A stretch of DNA of 64,000 nucleotides from Macrostomum hystrix (GCA_950097015.1 CATNEN010000005.1:2852001-2916000), one strand, 5' to 3'; counted from the first letter of the stretch, positions 21,985-35,000 are shown. Notes: generated by a model not told the origin, from the sequence alone. A program made the numbers and translations.

Positions 21985-23155
21985 GTCTCCCATCTTCTCA
22001 CCCCAGTCTCTCCCAGTCTCTCACTCCAGTCTATTCCATCCTCTCACTCCAGTCTATTCCATCCTCTCACTCCAGTCTCTTCCATCCTCTCACTCCACTC
22101 TCTCCCATCCTCTCACTCCAGTCTCTCCCATCCTCTCACTCCAGTCTCTCCCATCTTCTCACTCCACTCTCTTCCATCCTCTCACTCCAGTCTCTCCCAT
22201 CCTCTCACTCCAGTCTCTCCCATCCTCTCACTCCACTCTCTTCCATCCTCTCACTCCAGTCTATTCCATCCTCTCACTCCAGTCTATTCCATCCTCTCAC
22301 TCCAGTCTCTCCCATCCTCTCACTCCACTCTCTTCCATCCTCTCACTCCAGTCTCTCCCATCCTCTCACTCCACTCTCTTCCATCCTCTCACTCCAGTCT
22401 CTCCAATCCTCTCACTCCACTCTCTCCCATCCTCTCACTCCACTCTCTTCCATCCTCTCACTCCAGTCTCTCCAATCCTCTCACTCCACTCTCTTCCATC
22501 CTCTCACTCCAGTCTCTCCAATCCTCTCACTCCAGTCTCTCCCATCCTCTCACTCCACTCTCTTCCATCCTCTCACTCCATTCTCTTCCACCCTCTCACT
22601 CCAGTCTCTCCCATCCTCTCACTCCACTCTCTCCCATCCTCTCACTCCACTCTCTCCCACCCTCTCACTCCAGTCTATTCCATCCTCTCACTCCAGTCTC
22701 TTCCACTCTCTCACTCCAGTCTCTCTAATCCTCTCACTCCAGTCCCTCCCATCCTCTCACTCCACTCTCTCCCATCCTCTCACTCCACTCTCTCCCATCC
22801 TCTCACTCCACTCTCTTCCACCCTCTCACTCCACTCTCTCCCATCCTCTCACTCCACTCTCTCCCATCCTCTCACTCCACTCTCTCCCATCCTCTCACTC
22901 CACTCTCTCCCATCCTCTCACTCCACTCTCTTCCATCCTCTCACTCCACTCTCTCCCATCCTCTCACTCCACTCTCTTCCACCCTCTCACTCCACTCTCT
23001 CCCATCCTCTCACTCCACTCTCTCCCATCCTCTAACTCCACTCTCTCCTATCCTCTCACTCCATTCCATTCCATCCTCTCACCCCAGTCCCTCCCATCCT
23101 CTCACTCCACTCTCTCCCATCCTCTCACTCCAGTCTATTCCATCCTCTCACCCCT
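21985..23155. repeat. 23-bp pyrimidine-rich minisatellite
   Basis: Unit CCATCCTCTCACTCCA(G/C)TCTCT(C/T); it abuts the right arm of the inverted duplication. Confidence 0.95.
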
Positions 23156-23162
23156 ATCTCCC

Positions 23163-24365
23163 GTCCAACCAGAAGGTCGAAGGGTCAGCCATTGTTTCCT
23201 GGCTTACGTAATTATAAGGAAAGATCTACCTGGCCACACCATAGTGCTGAATAATAAGAATAGCTCGTACTGCAATGTCATTTGATCTTGAAGCCGCATT
23301 TTATAAGCAATTGAGCAACTTGTATTTCAGCTCAGTGCTCAAAATGCCCTCTTCAATACCAAATTGAACAGGAAAGATGCTTTTGAGACAGTTTCCGAAG
23401 TGCGCTTGAGCAGTCGGAAAAACGTGTCGCTTTCAAGTGCATATATAGCAGGCACCTGAGAGGATCTCCAAGCCAAGCTCTGAGCTCCTACAATCTGCTT
23501 CAAGCATAATCACTCAAGCATCAGCATCAGCAGCAGCAGCACAATCATGAAGTGGCAGCTAGCTCTCGGACTCCTGCTCTGCGCAGCTCTGGCAGCCGCC
23601 AGACCCAGCCAGGAGACGTCGGAGGTGGACGCGGAGACTCTGCGGGCGCTGGAGGCGCTGGCGGACATGGACGAGCCGGAGATGGCGGAGGCGAAGGCCC
23701 TCATGCTGGAGAAGAAGTTCAGGTGGAGGAAAGTCTGGAGAGTCGCCAAAAGGGTCTACCGAATCTACCGGAATCTGCCGTTCGGCAAGTAGATGGGCGC
23801 AGCTGCCAGACACCCCGACTGCACCTGGAAACTGACCGGACTCGACCCACGACTCTCTGAGCAGCTCGCATGTACTGTAGCTTTAGATAGACATCCATTG
23901 CGAAACTATAACTCATTCTGTAACAGACTGTATCTAGCCTAGTTTAGTATTGTTATCCATTTACAAGCTTAAATTAAAGTTGTGCTTTAAGTCTTTGTGT
24001 GAGCGTGAATCTTAAGTTGCTGAACATTTTCATTGCAAGAAATTTGCCTTTCTAATGTTTTACCAAAGTGGATTCGAACTCATGACCCCAGTGTGAGAAT
24101 CAGACGTCCGCCACCAACAATGCTGAACGACTGGCTGATAGGGCCTGTATTCGGTCTGTAGTACCGGATCGGTTTGCTAAAAAATGTCTTTTTCTACGAA
24201 GTAAACATGACAACTGTTTCTCTTGGTGAATATATCAAAGTAAATTGAAACGATACATTAAATTCTAAAATATTGCGCATGTGAGTGTTTCTGGGCAGTG
24301 AAAAGGGTTTCGGGAAGACCAATGTAATGATTTTGTCTAAGCAGCTATGCATTACAATGCACACG
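23163..24365 (+). repeat. Right arm of the 1.2-kb inverted duplication
   Basis: Reverse complement of 19292-20494. Confidence 0.93.
23547..23792 (+). CDS. Secreted cationic peptide precursor, copy 2 (81 aa; candidate antimicrobial peptide)
   Basis: Identical to copy 1 except T versus M in the pro-region (ACG/ATG). TATA-like ATATATAG at 23441-23448, ATCATGA start context, ATTAAA polyA-like signal at 23973-23978. Confidence 0.88.
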   Translation: MKWQLALGLLLCAALAAARPSQETSEVDAETLRALEALADMDEPEMAEAKALMLEKKFRWRKVWRVAKRVYRIYRNLPFGK

Positions 24366-24432
24366 ATCTATTAATAGTAGGAAATAGTTTTAAATATTGA
24401 ATTATGTTAGCGATTATCCTCTCCCTGAGAGA

Positions 24433-25200
24433 CAGGGGTGAGAGGATACTGGAGACTGGGGTGAGAGGATACTGGAGACTGGTGTGAGAGGATACTGGAG
24501 ACTGGGGTGAGAGGATACTGGAGACTGGGGTGAGAGGATACTGGAGACTGGGGTGAGAGGATACTGGAGACTGGGGTGAGAGGATACTGGAGACTGGGGT
24601 GAGAGGATACTGGAGACTGGGGTGAGAGGATACTGGAGACTGGGGTGAGAGGATACTGGAGACTGGGGTGAGTGGATACTGGAGACTGGGGTGAGTGGAT
24701 ACTGAAGACTTGGGTGAGAGGATACTGGAGACTGGGGTGAGAGGATACTGAAGACTGGGGTGAGTGGATACTGAAGACTGGGGTGAGAGGATACTGGAGA
24801 CTGGGGTGAGAGGATACTGGAGACTGGGGTGAGAGGATACTGGAGACTGGGGTGAGAGGATACTGGAGACTGGGGTGAGAGGATACTGGAGACTGGGGTG
24901 AGAGGATACTGAAGACTGGGGTGAGAGGATACTGAAGACTGGGGTGAGTGGATACTGGAGACTGGGGTGAGAGGATACTGGAGACTGGGGTGAGAGGATA
25001 CTGGAGACTGGGGTGAGAGGATACTGGAGACTGGGGTGAGAGGATACTGGAGACTGGGGTGAGAGGATACTGGAGACTGGGGTGAGAGGATACTGGAGAC
25101 TGGGGTGAGAGGATACTGGAGACTGGGGTGAGTGGATACTGAAGACTGGGGTGAGTGGATACTGAAGACTGGGGTGAGAGGATACTGAAGACTGGGGTGA
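24433..25200. repeat. 23-bp G-rich minisatellite
   Basis: Unit GGGGTGAGAGGATACTGGAGACT; its reverse complement shares ATCCTCTCACCC with the 18.7-kb array. Confidence 0.96.
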
Positions 25201-25629
25201 GGTCTACTCTCTGACCCTCTCTTTTTCTTTTTAATATTATCAATTCTATTCGCGAGCTTCTATAATCGATTCACCCATCCTCTCACCCCAACCTTTCACT
25301 CCTGTCTCTCCTATACGTTTAACCCAATAAATAGTTCGAGCTGATGCAGAATCGGACAGAGTTCAATATAAATCAATAGTAATTGAATAATTAAACGGAT
25401 GGCATACTTAGTTGCTGATTATTATTCCGAGAAACTTAGGAGAATAGACCGGAAGGAACATTATAATGCTGGGTAAAGCGCCAACACTGGAGGATAAGTG
25501 ATTGGTTTTGAAATTCCCATTGTACTGGGCTAGGTAATGTACAGCTAAGTTGAAGATTGGATACGACAATGGATTCTCTGGTATTGTAAGTCACCTAGAT
25601 CTTTTTAACAGACACGGGTTAATTATTAG

Positions 25630-27460
25630 TAGAGTGGGGAGAGAGGGTGAGAGTAGAAAGGGGGAGAGAGGGTGGGAGTAGAGAGGTGGAGAGAGGGGGA
25701 GAGAGGGTGAGAGTAGAGAGGGGAAGAGAGGGTCAGAGACTCAGAGTAGAGAGGGGGAGAGAGGGTCAGAGTAGAGAGGGGAAGAGAGGGTCAGAGAAGA
25801 GAGGGGAAGAGAGGGTCAGAGAAGAGAGGGTCAGAGTAGAGAGGGGCAGAGAGGGTCAGAGTAGAGAGGGTCAGAGAAGAGAGGGGAAGAGAGGGTCAGA
25901 GTAGAGAGGGGGAGAGAGGGTGAGAGTAGAGAGGGAGAGAGAGGGTCAGAGAAGAGAGGTGGAGAGAGGGTCAGAGAAGAGAGGGGAAGAGAGGGTCAGA
26001 GTAGAGAGGGGGAGAGAGGGTGAGAGTAGAGAGGGAGAGAGAGGGTCAGAGAAGAGAGGTGGAGAGAGGGTCAGAGTAGAGAGGGGGAAAGAGGGTCAGA
26101 GTAGAGAGGGGGAGAGAGGGTGAGAGTAGAGAGGGAGAGAGAGGGTCAGAGAAGAGAGGTGGAGAGAGGGTGAGAGTAGAGAGGGAGAGAGAGGGTCAGA
26201 GAAGAGAGGTGGAGAGAGGGTCAGAGAAGAGAGGGAAAGAGAGGGTCAGAGTAGAGAGGGGGAGAGAGGGTCAGAGTAGAGAGGGGAGGAGAGGGTCAGA
26301 GAAGAGAGGGGAAGAGAGGGTCAGAGTAGAGAGGGGGAGAGAGGGTGAGAGTAGAGAGGGAGAGAGAGGGTCAGAGAAGAGAGGTGGAGAGAGGGTCAGA
26401 GTAGAGAGGGGGAGAGAGGGTCAGAGTAGAGAGGTGGAGAGAGGGTCAGAGTAGAGAGGGGGAGAGAGGGTCAGAGTAGAGAGGGGAAGAGAGGGTCAGA
26501 GTAGAGAGGTGGAGAGAGGGTCAGAGTAGAGAGGGGGAGAGAGGGTCAGAGTAGAGAGGGGAAGAGAGGGTCAGAGTAGAGAGGGGAAGAGAGGGTCAGA
26601 GTAGAGGGGGGAGAGAGGGTCAGAGTAGAGAGGGGGAGAGAGGGTGAGAGTAGAGAGGGAGAGAGAGGGTCAGAGAAGAGAGGTGGAGAGAGGGTCAGAG
26701 TAGAGAGGGGAAGAGAGGGTCAGAGTAGAGGGGGGAGAGAGGGTCAGAGTAGAGAGGGGAAGAGAGGGTCAGAGGAGAGAGGGGGAGAGAGGGTGAGAGT
26801 AGAGAGGGAGAGAGAGGGTCAGAGTAGAGAGGGGAAGAGAGGGTCAGAGTAGAGAGGGGAAGAGAGGGTCAGAGTAGAGGGGGGAGAGAGGGTCAGAGTA
26901 GAGAGGGGAAGAGAGGGTCAGAGTAGAGGGGGGGAGAGAGGGTCAGAGTAGAGAGGGGGAGAGAGGGTGAGAGTAGAGAGGGGAAGAGAGGGTCAGAGAA
27001 GAGAGGTGGAGAGAGGGTGAGAGTAGAGAGGGGGAGAGAGGGTCAGAGTAGAGAGGGGAAGAGAGGGTCAGAGTAGAGAGGGGGAGAGAGGGTGAGAGTA
27101 GAGAGGGAGAGAGAGGGTCAGAGAAGAGAGGTGGAGAGAGGGTCAGAGTAGAGAGGGGAAGAGAGGGTCAGAGTAGAGGGGGGAGAGAGGGTCAGAGTAG
27201 AGAGGGGGAGAGAGGGTCAGCGTAGAGAGGGGAAGAGAGGGTCAGAGAAGAGAGGTGGAGAGAGGGTGAGAGTAGAGAGGGAGAGAGAGGGTCAGAGAAG
27301 AGAGGTGGAGAGAGGGTGAGAGTAGAGAGGGAGAGAGAGGGTCAGAGAAGAGAGGTGGAGAGAGGGTCAGAGAAGAGAGGTGGAGAGAGGGTCAGAGAAG
27401 AGAGGGGAAGAGAGGGTCAGAGTAGAGAGGGGGAGAGAGGGTCAGAGTAGAGGGGGGAGA
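25630..27460. repeat. Polypurine minisatellite (about 25-bp unit)
   Basis: Variants of GAGAGGGTCAGAGTAGAGAGGGG(G/A)A. Confidence 0.95.
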
Positions 27461-28124
27461 CCGGGAACAGGTGAGAGTAGATCGAGGGGGAGATGGGGAA
27501 GAGAGTGAGACTAGATGGTCAGAGATATAGATGAGGGTGAGAGTAAAGAACCATGAGATCTGGATTGAGAGAGTATTCTAAAACTGTACATGAGATTTTG
27601 CAGAAGACGGATGATGGTTGGCGAGGTAAGATAAAATAAGATAAGAGGTGATGATGCGATAAGGAAAAACCTAGAACTTTTGCAAGTATCTCCCAGAAAA
27701 AATAGGTAAACAGTAAGTAGCCTCTTTAAGCCGAAGCGTGCTGAAGATCCAGGAGCAAATATTAAGATTGAGTTTGAGACTGCGGGCCCTGGAGATGACG
27801 GATGCGACTCGGCTTGTACTCGCAGTGGCTTATAAGGCTTAAGAGAGAGTTATATGAGAACAAGTTCATGTGCTTATGTAGGAGTGGAGATTTCTGTGTA
27901 TGTGTTTTCCTTCGCATGGCTGAGCACAGATATGAGCTATGAGCTGAGCCTAGTAACATACTGAGATCACGGCACAGAAAATGGGGCGGGCTAGGACGGA
28001 GCAAATGCGTCACTGGCCTTGGCGGATGTATATTGATCATAGTGGGAATGACTGTCCGCGAGTATGAGACTTTTAGAGTGGAGAAGACAGGATGAGATTG
28101 AGAACTGGGTGGGGTAAAGAGCTA

Positions 28125-29135
28125 GGGAGATGGGATGAGGGTGAGAGTAGAGAGTAGGAGATTGGGATGAGGGTGAGAGTAGAGAGTAGGAGATTGTGAT
28201 GAGGGTGAGAGTAGAGAGGGGAGATTGGGATGAGGGTGAGAGTAGAGAGGGGAGATTGGGATGAGGGTGAGAGTAGAGAGTAGGAGATTGTGATGAGGGT
28301 GAGAGTAGAGAGGGGAGATTGGGATGAGAGTGAGAGTAGAGAGGAGGAGATTGTGATGAGGGTGAGAGTAGAGAGGGGAGATTGGGATGAGAGTGAGAGT
28401 AGAGAGGAGGAGATTGTGATGAGGGTGAGAGTGGAGAGGAGGAGATTGTGATGAGGGTGAGAGTAGAGAGGAGGAGATTGTGATGAGGGTGAGAGTAGAG
28501 AGGAGGAGATTGTGATGAGGGTGAGAGTAGAGAGGAGGAGATTGTGATGAGGGTGAGAGTAGAGAGGAGGAGATTGTGATGATGGTGAGAGTAGAGAGGA
28601 GGAGACTGTGATGAGTGTGAGAGTAGAGTAGGAGATTGTGATGAGGGTGAGAGTAGAGAGAGAGAGGCAAATTGGGATGAGGGTGAGAGTAGAGAGGAGG
28701 AGATTTGTATGAGGGTGAGAGTAGAGAGAGAGAGGCAAATTGGGATGAGGATGAGAGTAGAGAGGAGGAGATTTGTATGAGGGTGAGAGTAGAGAGAGAG
28801 AGGCAAATTGGGATGAGGATGAGAGTAGAGAGGAGGAGATTTGTATGAGGGTGAGAGTAGAGAGGAGGAGATTGTGATGAGGGTGAGAGTAGAGAGAGAG
28901 GCAAATTGTGATGAGGGTGAGAGTAGAGAGTAGGAGATTGTGATGAGGGTGAGAGTAGAGAGGGGAGATTGGGATGAGGGTGAGAGTAGAGAGGGGAGAT
29001 CGGGAAGCGGGTGAGAGTAGAGAGAGAGGCAAATTGTGATGAGGGTGAGAGTAGAGAGAGAGAGAGGCAAATTGGGATGAGGTTGAGAGTAGAGAGAGGC
29101 AAATTCGGATGAGGGTGAGAGTAGAGAGAGGAAGG
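28125..29135. repeat. Purine-rich minisatellite (about 30-bp unit)
   Basis: Variants of GAGGGTGAGAGTAGAGAGGAGGAGATTGTGAT. Confidence 0.94.
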
Positions 29136-29917
29136 TTGAGACTACAGAGCCATTAGAGCTTTGGCGAGAGAGTAGACGGTAACTGTACATGATATTCCGA
29201 AGAAGATGCTTGGATTGCTTAGTCTGTCTGGGGAACAATAAAGCATGATAACAGTGGCATTTAATCTACTCAATCACACGGACAGCACTATGACTTGTTT
29301 TTCCCACTGCGCTAGGATTGTCAGCTTGGCAGTACGACAAAAGAATTCCATAGCTGACCAAAATACTGGGGAGTTAATCCAAGTCGACTTACATCTATAG
29401 GGATTAGAGGGATCTGCGCCCGAAATCCCTAAGACGCAGCAGCAGCAGCAGCAGAAGCAGCCGCAGATAGTGCTAAGAAGCGTGCTACACAAGGAAAATG
29501 GGCAAGGTAAAAGACAAAGCGAGCTTGATGCAGACAAAAGAGAATCTAAACTTGAGCAGGGGAATGGAACAGGCGATGAAAAGAAACATTGCTTCCCTTT
29601 GCTTCTACTCTGCTAGTGCCGAACTAACTAAAAACTGTCTTCACTTCGAAAATTCTTTCTTTACCCCTCTTTTACTCGCACGCAAGCGACGTTAGTCATT
29701 GCGTTGTGCTCGAAAGCGACATAGACTAATTAGTCGATTAATGTTATGACCTTGGAAATGACCTTCAGAATTGACTTGGCTTAGTGATTCCCGATTTTTC
29801 CAATTAGCAGGCTTTCAAATTGGTTAGAAATGATTGCAGCCCAGCCTCAGGATGGACAGTGTTTATTTTCTTCTATAATAACATATAACTGTGATCCACC
29901 TGTAAGTTCTATCTACT

Positions 29918-30390
29918 TCTCCTCTCAGCTCTCCTCTCAGCTCTCCTCTCAGCTCTCCTCTCAGCTCTCCTCTCAGCTCTCCTCTCTACCTCTCTTCTCT
30001 ACCTCTCCTCTCTACCTCTCGTCTCTACCTCTCCTCTCTACTTCTCCTCTCTACCTCTCGTCTCTACCTTTTCTCTCACCACTCGACTCTACCTCTCCTC
30101 TCTACCTCTCCTCTCTACCTCTCCTCTCTACCTCTCCTCTCTACCTCTCCTCTCTACCTCTCCTCTCTACCTCTCCTCTCTACCTCTCCTCTCTACCTCT
30201 CCTCTCTACCTCTCCTCTCTACCTCTCCTCTCTACCTCTCGTCTCTACCTTTTCTCTCACCACTCGTCTCTACCTTTCCTCTCTACCTCTCGTCTCTACC
30301 TCTCCTCTCTACCTCTCCTCTCTACCTCTCGTCTCTACCTTTTCTCTCACCACTCGTCTCTACCTCTCCTCTCTACCTCTCCTCTCCTCT
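29918..30390. repeat. Pyrimidine-rich short-unit repeat
   Basis: CAGCTCTCCTCT and CTCTACCTCTC units. Confidence 0.92.
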
Positions 30391-31230
30391 TTACTTAATC
30401 TTTCTCGCCTTATCTAATCTGAACCTGATGCCCACTCTCTCTCTCTGTATCTAGTCAATTGTCAACTTTCATTTGTTTTATGTTTATTGGTATATTTGTA
30501 GTTGTTGTACAAACTCTCTACATCTTCTCATTCCCCCCATCTATATGTAGAAGCAGCGACAGCAACAACAGCAGCAGCAGCAGCAGACCCCAAGGATGAG
30601 AAAACGAGTTTATCAAGTTTTTTGTGACACCCCGAATTTGATTCTGCAGCACGCTTGGCACGTTGAGCACACCCACAAATCCTATAGGTTATATCGATCA
30701 GTCGGATCAGTTAGAAGTGGCAGCAGCGCCTGAGGCTGATCGCCTGATCTCCTGATCACAGCTCATCCCTACTGCCTACTCGTATGGCCAAACTAAACTC
30801 AAATGCTACCGACTATGCACTTCATCATTCAGCACACACCGATAGTCCTTGAGTTAACATCGTTCTCAATTAGTCGCTCGATCAAAGACTGAGAAAGACA
30901 GAGAGAAGCCAGAAAAATAGCTATCAATCTGTATCTACTCTAGACTATATACATAAGTATTATATAGTCGATATATTTTTTCCCTACTTCTTTTCTCGTC
31001 CCACCCACCAATCTCCCGCCTCAAAAGTCCCAAAGTTCTAAGTCTCTTTTCGCATCCAATAGTGAGACTGATAGGAGAGAGAGTTCAAAATCCTCACGTG
31101 GGATATTTCTACTAGTATACTAGCCCCAAAAGGCCTCCACTATAGCTGACTTCAGGGAAGATTTGCATTGATTTGACCTGCTAAAATTGTCTAATTGATC
31201 GTTAGTAGTCAGATTTTGACATATCTAGTT

Positions 31231-31330
31231 ATGTCTACATCTGACACTGCGGATACTGCTACCGGTTCTGCGTGTCATCAGGGTGGACTGGCAAATCAGG
31301 GAGAACCTACAGATGACTACGACGACTCCG
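31231..31330 (+). CDS. Possible first coding exon of an unidentified gene
   Basis: ATG...MSTSDTADTATGSACHQGGLANQGEPTDDYDDSG followed by a GTGAG donor, immediately before a satellite; no homology recognised. Confidence 0.25.
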
Positions 31331-31342
31331 GTGAGCTGCTGA

Positions 31343-31423
31343 GGAGAGTGAGAGGGAGAGTTGGAGGGAGAGTGAGAGTGAGAGTGAGAGGGAGAGTGAG
31401 AGGGAGAGTGGAAGGGAGAGTGG

Positions 31424-31474
<51 letters not shown>

Positions 31475-31475
31475 G

Positions 31476-31522
<47 letters not shown>

Positions 31523-31855
31523 GGAGAGTGAGAGTGAGAGTGGAAGGGAGAGTGAGAGGGAGAGTGAGAGGGAGAGTGAGAGGGAGAGTGAGAGTGAGAG
31601 TGAGAGGGAGAGTGAGAGGGAAAGTGGGAGTGAGAGTGAGAGGGAGAGTGAGAGGGAGAGTGAGAGGGAGAGTGTGAGGGAGAGTGGTAGGGAGACACTG
31701 AGAAGTAGGTATTGAAGGAGACACTGAGAAGTAGGTATTGAAGGAGACACTGAGAAGTAGGTATTGAAGGAGACACTGAGAAGTAGGTATTGAAGGAGAC
31801 ACTGAGAAGTAGGTATAGAAGGAGACACTAGAAGTAGGTATAGAAGGAGACACAG
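31343..31855. repeat. (GAGAGT/GAGAGG)n tract followed by a 26-bp repeat
   Basis: Hexamer tract 31343-31690, then GACACTGAGAAGTAGGTATTGAAGGA about six times to 31855. Confidence 0.93.
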
Positions 31856-32476
31856 AGATGAATAAAATCAGAAATTTATATTAAAATTCGACCAAAAGCA
31901 AAAGTGCAAATTGAATGAAATTCAAGTCGAGAAGGATTATGCAGAAAAAAAGCATTCAATTGTAGAGGGTAGACCGACCGATTGCTTCCTTCGAGAGGCT
32001 GAAAAAAATAAAAAAACTAGTAAAACAAGTATTCAGTGCCAAAGCTAGCATACTCGTATGTACGGGTACTAGCAATTTCAACAGGCAATGGACAGGAAGA
32101 CAGAATTCCTTCAAGGTGCAAGGGATTTTTTGCGGCGCGAGATTAAAGAACCTTGCACCTTACTCTCTCCTAGTTGTCTGATATTAGCATGTAGAGTCGA
32201 CTGTACATAAATGCAAAATTGAGTTCTGCTTTGAGGTGATCAGACTTAATCTGTTGGGGGTTTGTTAATTAACTTTGATTATATGACGCTGAGCTAGTGC
32301 TTATGATGTACTCCGAAAAAACTGTGTGCCTTTGTGAAGCTGTGTGTCTTAGTCGGTGTGACAAGATTTAGGGGTAGAAAAAGAGACTGCTTTGAGAGTG
32401 ACAGTAATGCATCAGGGGAGTGACAAGAAATAAAGTGAGAGAGACAATGCTATGGAAAGATAGCGAAAATAATTAG

Positions 32477-33125
32477 GAGAGAGAGTGACAAGAATCAGGA
32501 GAGAGAGTGACAAGAATCAGGAGTGAGAGTGACAAGAATTAGGAGAGTGACAAGAACTAGGAGAGAAAGAGTGACAAGAATTAGGAGAGAAAGAGTGACA
32601 AGAATTAGGACAGAAAGAGTGACAAGAATTAGGAGAGAAAGAGTGACAAGAATTAGGAGAGAAAGAGTGACAAGAATTAGGACAGAAAGAGTGACAAGAA
32701 TCAGGAGTGAGAGTGACAAGAATTAGGAGAGAGCGTGACAAGAATTAGGAGTGACAGTAAAAATAATTAGGAGAGTGACAAGAACTAGGAGAGTGACAAG
32801 AATTAGGAGAGAGAGTGACAAGAATTAGGAGAGAGAGTGACAAGAATTAGGAGTGACAGTAAAAAGAATTAGGAGAGTGACAAGAACTAGGAGAGTGACA
32901 AGAATTAGGAGAGAGAGTGACAAGAATTAGGAGAGAGAGTGACAAGAATTAGAAGAGAGAGTGACAAGAATTAGGAGAGAGAGACAAGAATTAGAAGAGA
33001 GAGTGACAAGAATTAGGAGAGAGAGTGACAAGAATTACGAGACTGGGTGACAAGAATCAGGAGAGACAGTGACAAGAATCAGGAGAGACAGTGACAAGAA
33101 TCAGGAGAGACAGTGACAAGAATTA
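32477..33125. repeat. About 22-24-bp purine-rich minisatellite
   Basis: Variants of GAGAGAGTGACAAGAATTAGGA. Confidence 0.94.
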
Positions 33126-33599
33126 GTATGGAGTGAAAATAGTTTCAATCGAGTGATAATAATTTTAGTTGAGACTCTAAGGAAGAAATCTAAAGTAATA
33201 GACGGAGGGGATGCATCTTCTATTAAAGCAGTATAATAGAAGCAAAAGAAAAGCATATTGTGCCTGGGGTATTCTAATTAACAATAGGCCAAGAGGTTTC
33301 CAGCCGTCATTTAATCTGACAGTCTTTACAAGGCGACTCATTAATATTAGTTGAGTTGCACAGGTGAGGATCGCAAATTTTGAGATCGATGGGCACAAAT
33401 GACTGGCACACACAGCCTGCACTAACAGGATCTCACTGTCCATCTTCCGTTTGTCGACACTCGTAACCTAGCAGGTCTGTAGGATTAATTTGACCGCTCA
33501 ATTTCTTTTCGAGTTTTATTTGATATTTATCTCATCTGTCTTGGTCTATTGCCAGGAAGGGAATAGAATAATAGAGATGAGCCGGTGTGAGAATGGAGA

Positions 33600-35000
33600 T
33601 GATGGGTTGAGACAGAAGTGAGATGAAGGGAAGAGACAGAAGTGAGATGAAGGGAAGAGACAGAAGTGAGACGAATGGAAGAGACAGAAGTGAGATGAAG
33701 GGAAGAGACAGAAGTGAGATGAAGGGAAGAGACAGAAGTGAGATGAAGGGAAGAGACACAAGTGAGATGAAGGGAGAGACAGAAGTGAGATGAAGGGAAG
33801 AGACAGAAGTGAGATGAAGGGAAGAGACAGAAGTAAGATGAAGGGAAGAGACAGAAGTGAGATGAAGGGAAGAGACAGAAGTGAGATGAAGGGAAGAGAC
33901 AGAAGTGAGATGAAGGGAAGAGACAGAAGTGAGATGAAGGGATGAGACAGAAGTGAGATGAAGGGATGAGACAGAGGTGAGATTAAGGGAGAGACAGAAG
34001 TAAGATGAAGGGAAGAGACAGAAGCGAGATGAGACAGAAGTGAGATGAAGGGATGAGACAGAAGTGAGATGAAGGGATGAGACAGAAGTGAGATTAAGGG
34101 AGAGACAGAAGTGAGACGAAGGGAAGAGACAGAAGCGAGATGAGACAGAAGTGAGATGAAGGGATGAGACAGAAGTGAGATGAAGGGATGAGACAGAAGT
34201 GAGATTAAGGGAGAGACAGAAGTGAGACGAAGGGAAGAGACAGAAGCGAGATGAGACAGAAGTGAGATGAAGGGATGAGACAGAAGTGAGATGAAGGGAT
34301 GAGACAGAAGTGAGATTAAGGGAGAGACAGAAGTGAGACGAAGGGAAGAGACAGAAGCGAGATGAGACAGAAGTGAGATGAAGGGATGAGACAGAAGTGA
34401 GATGAAGGGATGAGACAGAAGTGAGATGAAGGGATGAGACAGAAGTGAGATTAAGGGAGAGACAGAAGTGAGACGAAGGGAAGAGACAGAAGTGAGACGA
34501 AGGGAAGAGACAGAAGCGAGATGAGACAGAAGTGAGATGAAGGGATGAGACAGAAGTGAGATGAAGGGATGAGACATAAGTGAGATGAATGGACGAGACA
34601 GTAGCGAGATGAGACAGAAGTGAGATTAAGGGAGAGACAGAAGTGAGACGAAGGGAAGAGACAGAAGCGAGATGAGACAGAAGTGAGATGAAGGGATGAG
34701 ACAGAAGTGAGATGAAGGGATGAGACAGAAGTGAGATTAAGGGAGAGACAGAAGTGAGACGAAGGGAGAGACAGAAGTGAGAGGAAGGGAGAGACAGAAG
34801 TGAGATGAAGGGAGAGACAGAAGTGAGATGAAGGGAGAGACAGAAGTGAGATTAAGGGAAGAGACAGAAGTGAGATGAAGGGAAGAGACAGAAGTGAGAT
34901 GAAGGGAGAGACAGAAGTGAGATTAAGGGAAGAGACAGAAGTGAGATGAAGGGAAGAGACAGAAGCGAGATGAGACAGAAGTGAGATGAAGGGGTGTGAA
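33600..35000. repeat. 24-bp purine-rich minisatellite with higher-order pattern
   Basis: Variants of GAGACAGAAGTGAGATGAAGGGA(A/T). Confidence 0.95.

Noticed and set aside
27762-29695. Coding-looking islands with poly-CAG (27.8-28.1, 29.1-29.7 and 30.5-30.8 kb)
   Set aside because: Frames are interrupted by stops, no consistent splice model and no recognisable homology; could be pseudogene fragments or unresolved exons.
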